From Candidatus Limnocylindria bacterium (GTDB lineage: Bacteria > Chloroflexota > Limnocylindria > P2-11E), in assembly GCA_038227105.1 (NCBI GenBank), contig JBBRQB010000001.1, positions 22,867 through 86,866 on the forward strand: a stretch of DNA of 64,000 nucleotides. The letters are read 5' to 3'. This document shows positions 10,007-21,567 of the stretch, piece after piece; the first letter of the stretch is position 1, and each line of letters begins with the position of its first letter. Below the pieces are notes generated by a model. That model was not told where the DNA came from. It did not search any database and saw only the letters and a list, made by a program, of their open reading frames with translations. A program made the position numbers and the translations under genes.

Positions 10007-11125
10007 CTACGGACGGTCGGGCTCGAAGAGGTCGGCATCGGGGTGCCGACCCGTGCGGATGAGGCTCGCGATCAGCTCGCCGGCGGCCATCGCGTACCCG
10101 TTGCCATGACCGGTGAATCCGCCGCAGCGGTAGGTGCCGTCGGCGGCCTTTCCGAGATAGGGGAGCCCGTCGTGCGAGAAGCCCATCGTGCCGCCCCAGC
10201 GGTGCGTCACGGGCGCGTCGACACCGTGCTCGCGGAGGAATGCGTCGAGCTGCCGCTGGATCGTGTCGCTCGTGCCGTCGTCCTCCCCGACCTCATCGTC
10301 GAACGCCGTGTCGCGCCAGCCGCCGACAAGGACATTCCCTGCGGGAAGCTGCCGCCAGTAGCGGAAGCCGCGGTCGGCGTACGTCGGCCGCACGAAGATC
10401 CGCTGCGCGAGCGGCGCGGTCGCGCAGATCTGGCCGCGTACCGGGACCACCCGGGTCGGGACCAGGTGCGCCGTGTAGGCGTTCGTGCAGAGGACCACGG
10501 CGCCCGCCCGGACGGTGCCGCCGCGCGTGCGCACCGCTGACGGCGTGCAGGTCTCGACGGCCGTGTGCGTGAAGATGCGGGCACCGAGCCGCTCGGCGAC
10601 GTCGGCCAAGCCGCGGACGAAGCGGACGGGATGGACCTCCCCATCGTCCTCGTACACCGCTTTTCGCTCGGCGGTCTCGAGCCGCACACGGACGCCGTGG
10701 GCGGCGAGCTGCCGCGCGCTTTCGATGATGTCCTGCCATTCCGCGTCGTCGCCCGCGATCTGATCCGATCCGTTCCACGCGCTGTCGCACTCGATCGCGT
10801 TGGCCCGGATGGCGGAGCGGAACAGGACCCGATTGGCGTACGTGAAGCGGAACACGCGGGTCGCCCGCTCCGGTCCGTATCTGGCGCACGCGGCCACATA
10901 GCTCTCGGCGACGCCGCCCAGGATGAACCCCGCGTTGCGGCCGCTCGCGCCTTCGGCCAGCTCGCCGCGCTCGAGCACGGCGACCGATCCGCCATCGCGT
11001 GCGAGTGCGTAGGCCGTCGCGATGCCCGCGATGCCGCCGCCGACGATCGCCACGTCCACGGTGATGTCCGCATCCAGCGGTGCCCGCGGCGTGACCGGCG
11101 CGCCATCGAGCCAGAGGCTGGTCAC
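10007..11125 (-). CDS. FAD-dependent oxidoreductase (DAO / glycine-D-amino-acid oxidase family)
   Basis: N-terminal DVAIVGGGIAGIATAYALARDGGSVAVLERGELAEGASGRNAGFI is a GxGxxG FAD fold typical of the DAO family. Confidence 0.8.
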   Translation of the reverse strand: MTSLWLDGAPVTPRAPLDADITVDVAIVGGGIAGIATAYALARDGGSVAVLERGELAEGASGRNAGFILGGVAESYVAACARYGPERATRVFRFTYANRVLFRSAIRANAIECDSAWNGSDQIAGDDAEWQDIIESARQLAAHGVRVRLETAERKAVYEDDGEVHPVRFVRGLADVAERLGARIFTHTAVETCTPSAVRTRGGTVRAGAVVLCTNAYTAHLVPTRVVPVRGQICATAPLAQRIFVRPTYADRGFRYWRQLPAGNVLVGGWRDTAFDDEVGEDDGTSDTIQRQLDAFLREHGVDAPVTHRWGGTMGFSHDGLPYLGKAADGTYRCGGFTGHGNGYAMAAGELIASLIRTGRHPDADLFEPDRP

Positions 11126-13668
11126 CGGGCGGTCTGCGCGATCCTCCCGAGCGCGTCATCGAGCTCGCCCGCCATGCGCTCCGCGTTCGCGGAGCCGATG
11201 CGCATCTGCTCGATCGCCTGGGCGGCGGTCTCCTTGATATCCGCGCTCTGCTTGTCCACGAGGAGCGCGGTGGCCTGATCGACGAGCGCGCGCGGCGTGA
11301 TGTAGCCGAAGGCGTTCACGACCCGCTGCTTCCCGCCCGGATCCATCCGCACGACGAAGTCGTCCCACCGTGCCGTTGAGGCGCGCAGAGCGGCCTCGCG
11401 CGCGTTCTTGAGCGGCCCCATCGTGCGGATCAGGACGCTGCGGTCCTGGTCGCGGATGAGCTCGGTGAAGATCAGCTTCGCGTACCGGTCGATGAGCACC
11501 GGGTCGTAGAAGGACGTGAGCGCGCCGCGGAAGCGTGCCTCCTCCTGCGGATCGGTCCCCTGGGCCTCCTGCATCCGCGTGATGTACCGCTCGAAGAGGG
11601 CAGCATCGCCTTCGATCGCCGCGACCGACGCGATCGGTCCCGCGACATCGGGCTGCAACCGCGCCGTGCCGTCGAGGTGCGACGCCACGCGCGTGCGCGC
11701 CTCGGCGCGGACATCGGCGGCCGCGGCGGAGTGCCCGAGCGCGCCGATGACGAGCTGCCGCTTCTCACGCTCATCGGAGGTGTCGTCCTCCCGGTTCGTC
11801 CAGCCAAGCTTCTCGAGCTGGGGGCGGAAGGTGGCATCGGCGAGCTCGCGGAACGAGCGCTCGGTGGATCGCCGCAGGGCGTTGTGGTTGAGCCACCCGA
11901 GGATCTCAGCGAGCGAGCGCAGGACGTACAGGTCGTCCTCGCCCTTGAGGCCCGCGATGAGGCCGAGGACCTGGCCGATCGTCGCCTTGTTCGCCCGCGC
12001 GAGCGCCCACTGGTCGTCGATGAGCGCGATGCGCTCCTCGGGCGTCAACGCGGGCAGGTGCTCGGCGAGCCGCGCGATCGATGCGTCGTCGAACGCATAG
12101 CGGTAGAACCCGGCGCCGCCGCCGTTCGGGAAGTACCAGGTGGCACCGGGGAGGTCGACCGACCCGGTCGCGCCAGCGAGGACGTGCCGTAGCTCCTTGA
12201 CCGAGCCGTCGCGGGTGCCATACCGGAACACGAGCGGTACGGGCCAGAGCTGGCCGGTGGGCCGCACGTTGGGATCGGCGAAGAACCGCTCCTGCTTCAG
12301 GTCGACGGTCAATCCGCCGCCCCTTTCGCGGACCGCGCAGGTCACGAGCGGATGGCCCGGCTCGGTGATCCACGCGGTGGCGAGACCGGTCACATCGCGC
12401 TTGGACGATTCGTCCAACGCCTTCCAGAAGTCGCCCGCTGTCGCGTTCGCCCACTTATGCCTGCCGAGGTAGATGCGTACGCCGGACCGGAAGTCGTCCT
12501 CGCCAAGGTAGTTCTCGATCATCCGCAGCACGCCCTGGCCTTTCAGGTACGTGACCGCGTCGAAGCGCTCGTTCGCCTCGTCGACGTTCTTGGCCTCCAT
12601 GGAGATCGGGTGCGTCGAGACGAGCGAGTCGAGATTGAACGCCGGCGTGTTCTGGGCCACGACGTCCCGCCAGAAGCGCCACTCGGGATTGAGGCTGGCG
12701 GTGCACTTCTCGCCGACGAAGCTCGCGAACGACTCGTTGAGCCACAGATCGTTCCACCAGGCCATCGTCACCAGGTCGCCCCACCACTGGTGGGTCAGCT
12801 CGTGGGCCGCGACGCTGAAGACCGCCTTGAACGTCGCGGTCGACGCGGTCTTCGTGTCGGCGGCGAGGTAGGTGGTCCGGTAGGTGATGGCGCCGGGGTT
12901 CTCCATGGCGCCCGCCTCGAAGTCCGGGATGCCGATGGCATCGACCTTCGGCGGGAACGGGTACGGGATACCGGTGTACGACTCGAGCCATTCGATGGCG
13001 CGGACGTGCGCGTCACGCGCGTAGATCGCCTGATCCGCCGTGCCCTTGGGGAGCCACACCCGGCACTCGACGTTCGTCTTCGACGTGACCGGCGGCGTTG
13101 CCTCGTACGGCCCGACCGTGAACGCGACGAGGTACGTAGACATGATCGGGGTCTCGCGGAACACGGTCAGCCTGCGGTCGCCGCGCTCCTCGGTGCGCTC
13201 GACCGGCATGTTGGCGATGGCAGCGAGGCTCGCGTCGTGGACCAGCTCGAGCGCGAAGGTCGCCTTGAACTCGGGCTCGTCGAAGCAGGGGAACGCCCGG
13301 CGGGCGTCCGCGGCCTCGAACTGCGTCGCGGCGTAGCGCTCGCCGGGACGCGTCGAGCGATACAGCCCGCGCAGCTTCTCGGCGATCTTGCCGGTCCACG
13401 CGAGCGTCACGTCGTGCGTGCCGGCGGGAAGCTCGCGCGACAGCGTCAGCGTGGCGGTCTGCGACTCGGCGTCGTACGCGACGCCCGCGACGTCACCGCC
13501 GGTCTTGATGTCGAGGTCGACGCTGTGGAGGGTGAGCTCACGCGCCGGCTTCGCGACGGTCAGCGTGATCGTGGCCTCGGCGGCCGACAGCCAGGTATCG
13601 AGGTCGAGGTCGACATGCAGGGCGTAGCGCACCGGACGCACGTCCTTCGAGAGCCGGAAGTCGTTCAC
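11122..13668 (-). CDS. pepN: Aminopeptidase N (M1 metallopeptidase)
   Basis: GAMENPGAITYR (GAMEN motif) and HELTHQWWGDLVTMAWWNDLWLNESFASF (HExxH...E zinc site); 848 aa. Confidence 0.9.
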   Translation of the reverse strand: MNDFRLSKDVRPVRYALHVDLDLDTWLSAAEATITLTVAKPARELTLHSVDLDIKTGGDVAGVAYDAESQTATLTLSRELPAGTHDVTLAWTGKIAEKLRGLYRSTRPGERYAATQFEAADARRAFPCFDEPEFKATFALELVHDASLAAIANMPVERTEERGDRRLTVFRETPIMSTYLVAFTVGPYEATPPVTSKTNVECRVWLPKGTADQAIYARDAHVRAIEWLESYTGIPYPFPPKVDAIGIPDFEAGAMENPGAITYRTTYLAADTKTASTATFKAVFSVAAHELTHQWWGDLVTMAWWNDLWLNESFASFVGEKCTASLNPEWRFWRDVVAQNTPAFNLDSLVSTHPISMEAKNVDEANERFDAVTYLKGQGVLRMIENYLGEDDFRSGVRIYLGRHKWANATAGDFWKALDESSKRDVTGLATAWITEPGHPLVTCAVRERGGGLTVDLKQERFFADPNVRPTGQLWPVPLVFRYGTRDGSVKELRHVLAGATGSVDLPGATWYFPNGGGAGFYRYAFDDASIARLAEHLPALTPEERIALIDDQWALARANKATIGQVLGLIAGLKGEDDLYVLRSLAEILGWLNHNALRRSTERSFRELADATFRPQLEKLGWTNREDDTSDEREKRQLVIGALGHSAAAADVRAEARTRVASHLDGTARLQPDVAGPIASVAAIEGDAALFERYITRMQEAQGTDPQEEARFRGALTSFYDPVLIDRYAKLIFTELIRDQDRSVLIRTMGPLKNAREAALRASTARWDDFVVRMDPGGKQRVVNAFGYITPRALVDQATALLVDKQSADIKETAAQAIEQMRIGSANAERMAGELDDALGRIAQTAR

Positions 13669-13751
13669 GCGTTCCTCCCAGGCGAACCTTCGGAAATCGT
13701 ACCCAAATGCGGGCCCGGTACCGCAAAAAGCCTTACGGTTGAAGGACCGAA

Positions 13752-15434
<1,683 letters not shown>

Positions 15435-15472
15435 CCACACCCTCGTTCTCGTCTGGCGGTATCTTCTTTCCG

Positions 15473-16411
15473 ATGGCCGACGTCGCTCACACCGCGGCGT
15501 ACCGGCGTGGCGTGATCGGCCGCACGTTCGGACACCTCCTCGATAGCGAGCGCGCGTTCGGCTACTCGCTTGTCGCCCCCGCGGTGATCTACATCGTGGC
15601 CCTGGTCGCGTATCCGTTCGGCATCGCGATCTGGTTCACCGTCACCGACGCGACCGTCGGCGATCCGCTCGGGAAGTTCATCGGGCTTGGGAACCTCATC
15701 GCGATCTTGGACGACGATGTCTTCAAGCGCGCTCTGGTGAACACGTTCATCTTCACGCTCACGTCCCAGGCGCTGCAGATGGTCCTTGGCACGACGCTCG
15801 CGTTCCTGCTCATGCGAAAGTTCCGCTTCCGCCGGACGATCCGGGCGCTCATCCTCCTGCCGTTCACGATCCCGGTCGCGATCGGCGCGATGGCCTGGAA
15901 CTGGATGCTCAACCCCACCTACAGCGTCATCAACTGGGTCGGCGAACGGATGGGACTCTTCCAGTACGGGCCCAACTGGCTCGGCGAGGAGAACTACGCG
16001 ATGGCCTCGATCATCCTGGTGAATGTCTGGCGCAACCTGCCATTCACAGCGATCGTCCTCACAGCGGGGATCAGCGCGGTGCCGCAGGAGATCATCGAGG
16101 CCGCGAGCCTTGACGGCGCGCGGTTCATTACCCGCTGGCGCAAGATCATGGTGCCGATCATTGCGCCGATCCTGTACATCGCGCTGCTCTTCTCGCTCGT
16201 CTTCACCTTCACCGACATGACCGTCGTCTGGCTGCTCACCCGCGGCAACCCCGTCAACTCGACCCACGTGCTCGCGTCGTACGCGTTCCTCCAGGGCATC
16301 GTGGCCGGCTCTCTGGGACGTGGCGCCACGATCTCGCTCTTCCTGTTCCCGGTGCTGCTGCTCGGGGCTCTCGTGATGCTCCGGTCGCTCAAGTCAAGGC
16401 AGCTCGACTGA
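15473..16411 (+). CDS. Carbohydrate ABC transporter permease (MalF/UgpA-like)
   Basis: Start taken at MADVAHTAAY.. (ATG 15473); the listed GTG 15266 start overlaps ettA. Six-TM permease with an EAA-like loop. Confidence 0.8.
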   Translation: MADVAHTAAYRRGVIGRTFGHLLDSERAFGYSLVAPAVIYIVALVAYPFGIAIWFTVTDATVGDPLGKFIGLGNLIAILDDDVFKRALVNTFIFTLTSQALQMVLGTTLAFLLMRKFRFRRTIRALILLPFTIPVAIGAMAWNWMLNPTYSVINWVGERMGLFQYGPNWLGEENYAMASIILVNVWRNLPFTAIVLTAGISAVPQEIIEAASLDGARFITRWRKIMVPIIAPILYIALLFSLVFTFTDMTVVWLLTRGNPVNSTHVLASYAFLQGIVAGSLGRGATISLFLFPVLLLGALVMLRSLKSRQLD

Positions 16412-17310
16412 TGGTGACGCTCGCCCCGCACGTCAGCCCGACCGCGCACCGCGCGCACCACTCGGCGACCTATCGCCTGCGCAAGATCCGCAACGAGGTC
16501 GCCTTCTGGGCCTTGCTGTCGGTGTTCATCCTCTTCGCGGCGTTCCCGGTGTACTGGATGTTCATCACCGCGTTCAAGCAGGTGAACGACCTCTACAACC
16601 TGCAGAACAACCCGTTCATCTTCAACCTCGCGCCGACCCTGGAGCAGATCCAGTACCTGCTCGAGAAGACCAACTACGTCAACTGGATCAAGAACACCCT
16701 CGAGGTCGGTCTGCTCGTCGTGCTCATCACCCTCCTGCTATGCGTGCCCGCGGCCTACGCGCTCTCGCGGACGAAGTTCCCAGGATCGGGCGCGCTCGGT
16801 ATCGGTATCTTCCTCACGTACCTCGTCCCGCCGACGCTCCTCTTCCTTCCGCTGTCGCAGCTCGTCGTCGGCCTTGGGCTCGTGAACACTCGCTGGGCGC
16901 TGGTGGTCGTGTACCCGACGTTCACGATCCCGTTCTGCACGTGGCTCCTGATGGGCTTCTTCAAGAACGTGCCGCGCGAGATCACGGAAGCGGCGCGCGT
17001 GGATGGCTGCAGCCGGCTCGGGGCGATGTTCCGCATCGTCCTGCCCATCAGCATCCCGGGCATCCTGACGATCGCGATCTTCGCCTTCACCCTCGTGATG
17101 CAGGAGTACGTGTACGCGCTGGTCTTCGTGTCCGACTCGGACGAGAAGATGGTGACGCTCGGCGTGGTCACGGACCTGGTCCGCGGCGACGTCTTCTTCT
17201 GGGGCTCGCTCATGGCCGGGGCGCTGTTCATCGCTGTGCCGGTGGCCATCGCCTACAACTTCTTCATGGATAGCTTCGTCAAGGGCATCACTGGAGGAGC
17301 GCTCAAATAG
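16411..17310 (+). CDS. Carbohydrate ABC transporter permease (MalG/UgpE-like)
   Basis: Start overlaps the upstream stop (ATGA). EAA motif region ..EITEAARVDGCSRLGAMFRIVLPISIPG.. Confidence 0.85.
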   Translation: MVTLAPHVSPTAHRAHHSATYRLRKIRNEVAFWALLSVFILFAAFPVYWMFITAFKQVNDLYNLQNNPFIFNLAPTLEQIQYLLEKTNYVNWIKNTLEVGLLVVLITLLLCVPAAYALSRTKFPGSGALGIGIFLTYLVPPTLLFLPLSQLVVGLGLVNTRWALVVVYPTFTIPFCTWLLMGFFKNVPREITEAARVDGCSRLGAMFRIVLPISIPGILTIAIFAFTLVMQEYVYALVFVSDSDEKMVTLGVVTDLVRGDVFFWGSLMAGALFIAVPVAIAYNFFMDSFVKGITGGALK

Positions 17311-17313
17311 AAA

Positions 17314-17335
17314 GCCCGCGGCTTTCGCCGCGGGC
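17314..17335. terminator. Terminator hairpin GCCCGCGGC-tttc-GCCGCGGGC between convergent genes
   Basis: Seen directly, just after the permease stop at 17310. Confidence 0.5.
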
Positions 17336-17355
17336 CATTCTTCGGGGGCTCGGCC

Positions 17356-17374
17356 GGGCCGGCGAAGCCGGCCC
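17356..17374. terminator. Second hairpin GGGCCGGC-gaa-GCCGGCCC, likely the terminator for the minus-strand SBP gene
   Basis: Seen directly between 17310 and 17386. Confidence 0.4.
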
Positions 17375-17385
17375 AGCCGCACGAG

Positions 17386-18753
17386 CTACACGGGGAATTT
17401 CGCCAGAGAGGCCTCGAGACGCTTCTTCGCCTCGGCGATCGCCTCGTCCGCGGTCTTCTTGCCGGTGCAGTAGCCGCTGAACATGTCGGTGACGATGTGG
17501 GTGTTCAGGGAGTCGTACGCCGCCTGGGACGACGGTCCCGGGTAGCCGACCGGCTGGAAGTACTGGTAGATGTCCTGGAGGTGGCTCAGCTTGGGGTCCG
17601 CGCCGAGCGCGGGCATCGGCTTCTTGGTGTTCCCCTTGAGGAACGGATTGTTGTAGCCCTTGCTGGCTTCCATCTGCGCGGGCCAGTCATCGCTGTAGTC
17701 GGTGAGGAACTGCCGGGCGGCGTCGATGTTCTTCGAGAAGTTCCAGATGCCGTAGACGGTGAATTGCATCGAGCAGACCCCCGCGACCGGACCCTTGAGC
17801 GGTAGGTCGACGACGATCTTCTTCGCGAGGTCGGGGTTCTGGCCCTCGATCGTCCGGTAGGCGCTGATCGGGTTGTAGATCCAGGCGCCCTTGCCGGACT
17901 GGAGGTAGGTGTTGTTGTCGACGTCGGCCCACGAGAGGACCGCGGGCTCCATGTTCCCGAACAGGCCTTTCGCGAGGTCCAGGACCTGTCGAGTCTCCTT
18001 GCTGTCGATCGCGACGCCCGCGCCGTCCTTCGTGAATTCGGCGGCACCGTACGACCACATGAGCGAACGCCAGGTGTGCTCCCCGTCTGAGGTCTGCGAC
18101 ATGGCGGTGCCGATCGGGCCGCCTGCCGCCTTCAGCTTGGGCGCGAACTCGAAGAGCTGGGTCCAATCGGTGAGGTGGTCGCCGTTGAAGCCGGCGGCCT
18201 TCCAGAGGTCCGTGCGCCACGCGCTGAGGAACGGCACCGCGAAGTCCGGGTAGCCGTACCACTTCCCTTTGACCTTGCCGATGGCCTCGCCGGCCGGGAG
18301 CCACCCGCCGTACTTGGTGGCCGCGCGGTCGCAGATGTCGGTGATGTCGACGAGGCTCGAGGTGAAGAGGGCCGGCAGGCCGTTCGCGAAGTGCGCGACC
18401 AGGTCATGACCGCTCTTCGCGCCGACTTCCGACGCGAAGCGAGCCGGCAGGTCGGCCTGGGGGATCCGGTCGATCTTGACGGTGACGCCGTTCTTGTCGC
18501 CCCAGGCCTTCGCCCAGCCGTCGAGATACGTGTCGAACGCCGGAACGAAGTGGCTCCACTGGAGGATGTTGAGGTTGCCGCTGAGCTTCTTCGCCGTGGG
18601 TGCCGCGGTGCCCGCCGCGCTGGCCGCGGGAGCCGTCGTGCTGCTGGTGCTCGTTCCGCCGATGCAGGCTGCCGCGATCGGCACTGCCGCCGCCGCCGCC
18701 GCGCCCTTGAGGAGCGTTCGCCGGCCGATCTTCTGCTGGGTTCCGTCTTCCAC
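17386..18753 (-). CDS. ABC transporter substrate-binding lipoprotein (family 1 sugar SBP) with a Tat-type signal
   Basis: Start at GTG 18753, preceded by GGGAGGA. RRTLLKG twin-arginine motif and lipobox IAAAC. It is convergent with the two permease genes. No ATPase gene is present in the locus. Confidence 0.8.
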   Translation of the reverse strand: MEDGTQQKIGRRTLLKGAAAAAAVPIAAACIGGTSTSSTTAPAASAAGTAAPTAKKLSGNLNILQWSHFVPAFDTYLDGWAKAWGDKNGVTVKIDRIPQADLPARFASEVGAKSGHDLVAHFANGLPALFTSSLVDITDICDRAATKYGGWLPAGEAIGKVKGKWYGYPDFAVPFLSAWRTDLWKAAGFNGDHLTDWTQLFEFAPKLKAAGGPIGTAMSQTSDGEHTWRSLMWSYGAAEFTKDGAGVAIDSKETRQVLDLAKGLFGNMEPAVLSWADVDNNTYLQSGKGAWIYNPISAYRTIEGQNPDLAKKIVVDLPLKGPVAGVCSMQFTVYGIWNFSKNIDAARQFLTDYSDDWPAQMEASKGYNNPFLKGNTKKPMPALGADPKLSHLQDIYQYFQPVGYPGPSSQAAYDSLNTHIVTDMFSGYCTGKKTADEAIAEAKKRLEASLAKFPV

Positions 18754-18843
18754 CCTGTTGTCCTCCCGCGTCGTGAATTCCGCGCGATTATGCGCTCGTT
18801 TGGCCAGGCGCAACGGGGATTTCGCGGTGCGCGAAAAACCGCC

Positions 18844-21567
18844 TCAGGCGGTGCGCGGCTCGGGCTTCTCCGGGTCGAACCCGAGGTCGGCGATGGCCTT
18901 CGCCACGTCGGCGGGGGCGTACTGCTCGTGCTGGGTGAGGCCGTGGAGTGAGGCCACGGCGATGCTCTCCGGGTCGACCTCGAAGAAGCGGCGGAGCGCC
19001 TCGCGCGTGTCCGACCGGCCGAAACCGTCGGTTCCGAGCGGGATGAACGGCTGCGGGCTCCACCGGCCGATGAGGTCGGGAAGTGTCTTCATGTAATCGG
19101 ACGCGGCGATGACTGGCCCGGCGCCTCCGAGCACCTGGGTGATGTACGGCACGCGTGGCTCGGCCTCCGGGTGCAGGCGGTTCCAGCGCTCCGCCTCGAG
19201 CGCCTCGTTGCGAAGCATCTGGTACGACGTGACGCTCCAGACGTCCGCGGATACGTCGTACGTGTCAGCGAGGATCTCCTGAGCGCGCAGGACCTGCTGC
19301 ATGATCGCGCCGGATCCGAGCAGCGCCACCTTGCGACGGCTGCCACTGTGGCCCGCCCGGAACTTGTAGATGCCGCGGAGGATCCCCTCGCGCGCACCCT
19401 CGGGCATCGCCGGCATCGGGTAGTTCTCGTTGTAGAGCGTGATGTAGTAGAAGACGTCCTCGTTATCGGTGAGCATCCGCTTCAAACCGTCCTCGATGAT
19501 GACCGCGGTCTCGTACGCGAACGCCGGGTCGTAGGCACGGATGTTCGGGATCACCGTCGCGAGGATGTGGCTGTGCCCGTCCTCGTGCTGCAGGCCTTCG
19601 CCGTTCAGCGTGGTGCGGCCGGCGGTCGCGCCGAGCAGGAAGCCCCGCCCGCGCGTGTCGCCGAAGGCCCACATCTGGTCGCCCGTCCGCTGCAGGCCGA
19701 ACATCGAATAGAAGACGTAGAACGGGATCATGTGGACGCCATGGGTCGCGAACGACGTACCCGCGGCCGTGAACGAGGCCATCGAGCCCGCCTCGGTGAT
19801 GCCCTCTTCGAGGACCTGCCCGTCCTGCGCCTCGCGGTAGGGAAGCAGCGTCTCCGCATCGACGGGCTCGTATCGCTGGCCGAGCGGCGAGTAGATACCG
19901 ATCTCTTTGAACAGGGGGTCCATGCCGAAGGTGCGGGCCTCGTCGGGGATGATCGGCACGACGTACTTCCCGATCGTTTTGTCGCGGAGCAAATTGCGCA
20001 AAAGTCGCGTGAAGGCCATCGTCGTCGAGGCGGCGGCGGTGCCGCTGCCCTTCGGGAACTCGGCGAACACGCCCGGGTCCGGGACCGCGAGCGGCTTGGC
20101 GCGGACGATGCGCCGCGGTACGAATCCGCCGAGCGCGCGGCGGCGCTCGAGCATGTACTGGATCTCTTCGCTGTCCATGCCCGGGTGATAGAAGGGCGCG
20201 CCCTCGAGCTTGTCGTCAGGGATGGGAAGCTCGAGGCGGTCGCGGAAGATCTTCAGCTCGTCGACCGACAGCTTCTTCGCCTGGTGCGTGATGTTGCGCG
20301 CCTCGACGTTCGGGCCGAGCGTCCACCCCTTGACCGTCTGCGCGAGCACGACCGTCGGCGCGTCGCGGTGCGCGACCGCGGCCGCATACGCGGCGTACAC
20401 CTTGCGGTAGTCGTGACCGCCGCGGCGCAGGAGACGGAGCTGGTCGTCGGAGAGGTGCTCGACGAGCTTCCGGAGACGCGGGTCGGGTCCGAAGAAGTGC
20501 TCGCGGATCGACGCACCGTCGGCGGTCGTCATGCGTTGCGAGTCGCCGTCGAGCCAGTCGTTCATCTTGTTCACGAGCACGCCGTCGACGTCGCGCGCGA
20601 GGAGCTCATCCCACTCGCGGCCCCAGAGGACCTTGATGACGTTCCACCCCGAGCCGCGGAACACGGCCTCAAGCTCCTGCACGATCTTGCCGTTGCCGCG
20701 CACCGGCCCGTCGAGGCGCTGCAGGTTGCAGTTCACGACGAAGGTCAGGTTGTCGAGACCCTCACGTGCGGCGACGTGCAGCGCGCCGAGCGCCTCGGGC
20801 TCGTCGCACTCGCCATCGCCGAGGAACGCCCACACCCGTGACCTGCTCGTGTCGGTGAGGCCGCGGTTGTGCAGGTAGCGGTTGAACCGGGCCTGGTAGA
20901 TGGCCGCGAGCGGCCCGAGGCCCATCGAGACGGTCGGGAACTCCCAGAAGTCGGGCATCAGGCGGGGGTGCGGGTACGACGAAAGGCCCTGACCCGGTTC
21001 GACCTCGCGCCGGAAGTGCGCGAGCTGATCCTCGCTCAGGCGCCCCTCGAGGAACGCGCGGGCGTAGATGCCGGGCGAGGCGTGACCCTGGAAGAAGACC
21101 TGGTCGCCGGCATCGCCGCCGTCCTTGCCGCGGAAGAAGTGGTTGAACCCGACCTCATAGAGGCTCGCGGCGGAGGCGTACGTGGCGAGATGGCCGCCGA
21201 TGCCGGGGTGGTCGTGGTTCGCCCGCAAGACCATCGCGGCCGCGTTCCAGCGGATGAGCCGCCGGATCCGGAGCTCCATGGCCTCATCGCCGGGGAAGTA
21301 AGGCTCCTGCTCCGGGGAAATGGTGTTGATGTAGCGGGTCTGGGTGAGCGGCGGGATGCCGACACGGAGCTGCCGGGCTCGCTTCAGCAGCTTGTAGAGG
21401 ACGAAGCGGGCCCGCTGCTCGCCGGCCGCGCCGATCAGGGCATCGAGCGAGTCCATCCATTCCTGCGTCTCCGCGGGGTCGATGTCCGGAAGCTGATGCT
21501 TGAACTCGTCGAAGACGTCATGGATCGGTTTTTCCTGCACTTCATGCTCATGGTAAGCGTGCGACAC
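18844..21567 (-). CDS. aceE: Pyruvate dehydrogenase E1 component, homodimeric type
   Basis: LPDIDPAETQEWMDSLDALI, YINTISPEQEPYFPGDEAMELRIRRLIRWNAAAMV, GGHLATYASAASLYEVGFNHFFRGKD. Start set at GTG 21567 (907 aa); the listed ORF adds an R-rich 79-aa leader. Confidence 0.88.
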   Translation of the reverse strand: MSHAYHEHEVQEKPIHDVFDEFKHQLPDIDPAETQEWMDSLDALIGAAGEQRARFVLYKLLKRARQLRVGIPPLTQTRYINTISPEQEPYFPGDEAMELRIRRLIRWNAAAMVLRANHDHPGIGGHLATYASAASLYEVGFNHFFRGKDGGDAGDQVFFQGHASPGIYARAFLEGRLSEDQLAHFRREVEPGQGLSSYPHPRLMPDFWEFPTVSMGLGPLAAIYQARFNRYLHNRGLTDTSRSRVWAFLGDGECDEPEALGALHVAAREGLDNLTFVVNCNLQRLDGPVRGNGKIVQELEAVFRGSGWNVIKVLWGREWDELLARDVDGVLVNKMNDWLDGDSQRMTTADGASIREHFFGPDPRLRKLVEHLSDDQLRLLRRGGHDYRKVYAAYAAAVAHRDAPTVVLAQTVKGWTLGPNVEARNITHQAKKLSVDELKIFRDRLELPIPDDKLEGAPFYHPGMDSEEIQYMLERRRALGGFVPRRIVRAKPLAVPDPGVFAEFPKGSGTAAASTTMAFTRLLRNLLRDKTIGKYVVPIIPDEARTFGMDPLFKEIGIYSPLGQRYEPVDAETLLPYREAQDGQVLEEGITEAGSMASFTAAGTSFATHGVHMIPFYVFYSMFGLQRTGDQMWAFGDTRGRGFLLGATAGRTTLNGEGLQHEDGHSHILATVIPNIRAYDPAFAYETAVIIEDGLKRMLTDNEDVFYYITLYNENYPMPAMPEGAREGILRGIYKFRAGHSGSRRKVALLGSGAIMQQVLRAQEILADTYDVSADVWSVTSYQMLRNEALEAERWNRLHPEAEPRVPYITQVLGGAGPVIAASDYMKTLPDLIGRWSPQPFIPLGTDGFGRSDTREALRRFFEVDPESIAVASLHGLTQHEQYAPADVAKAIADLGFDPEKPEPRTA

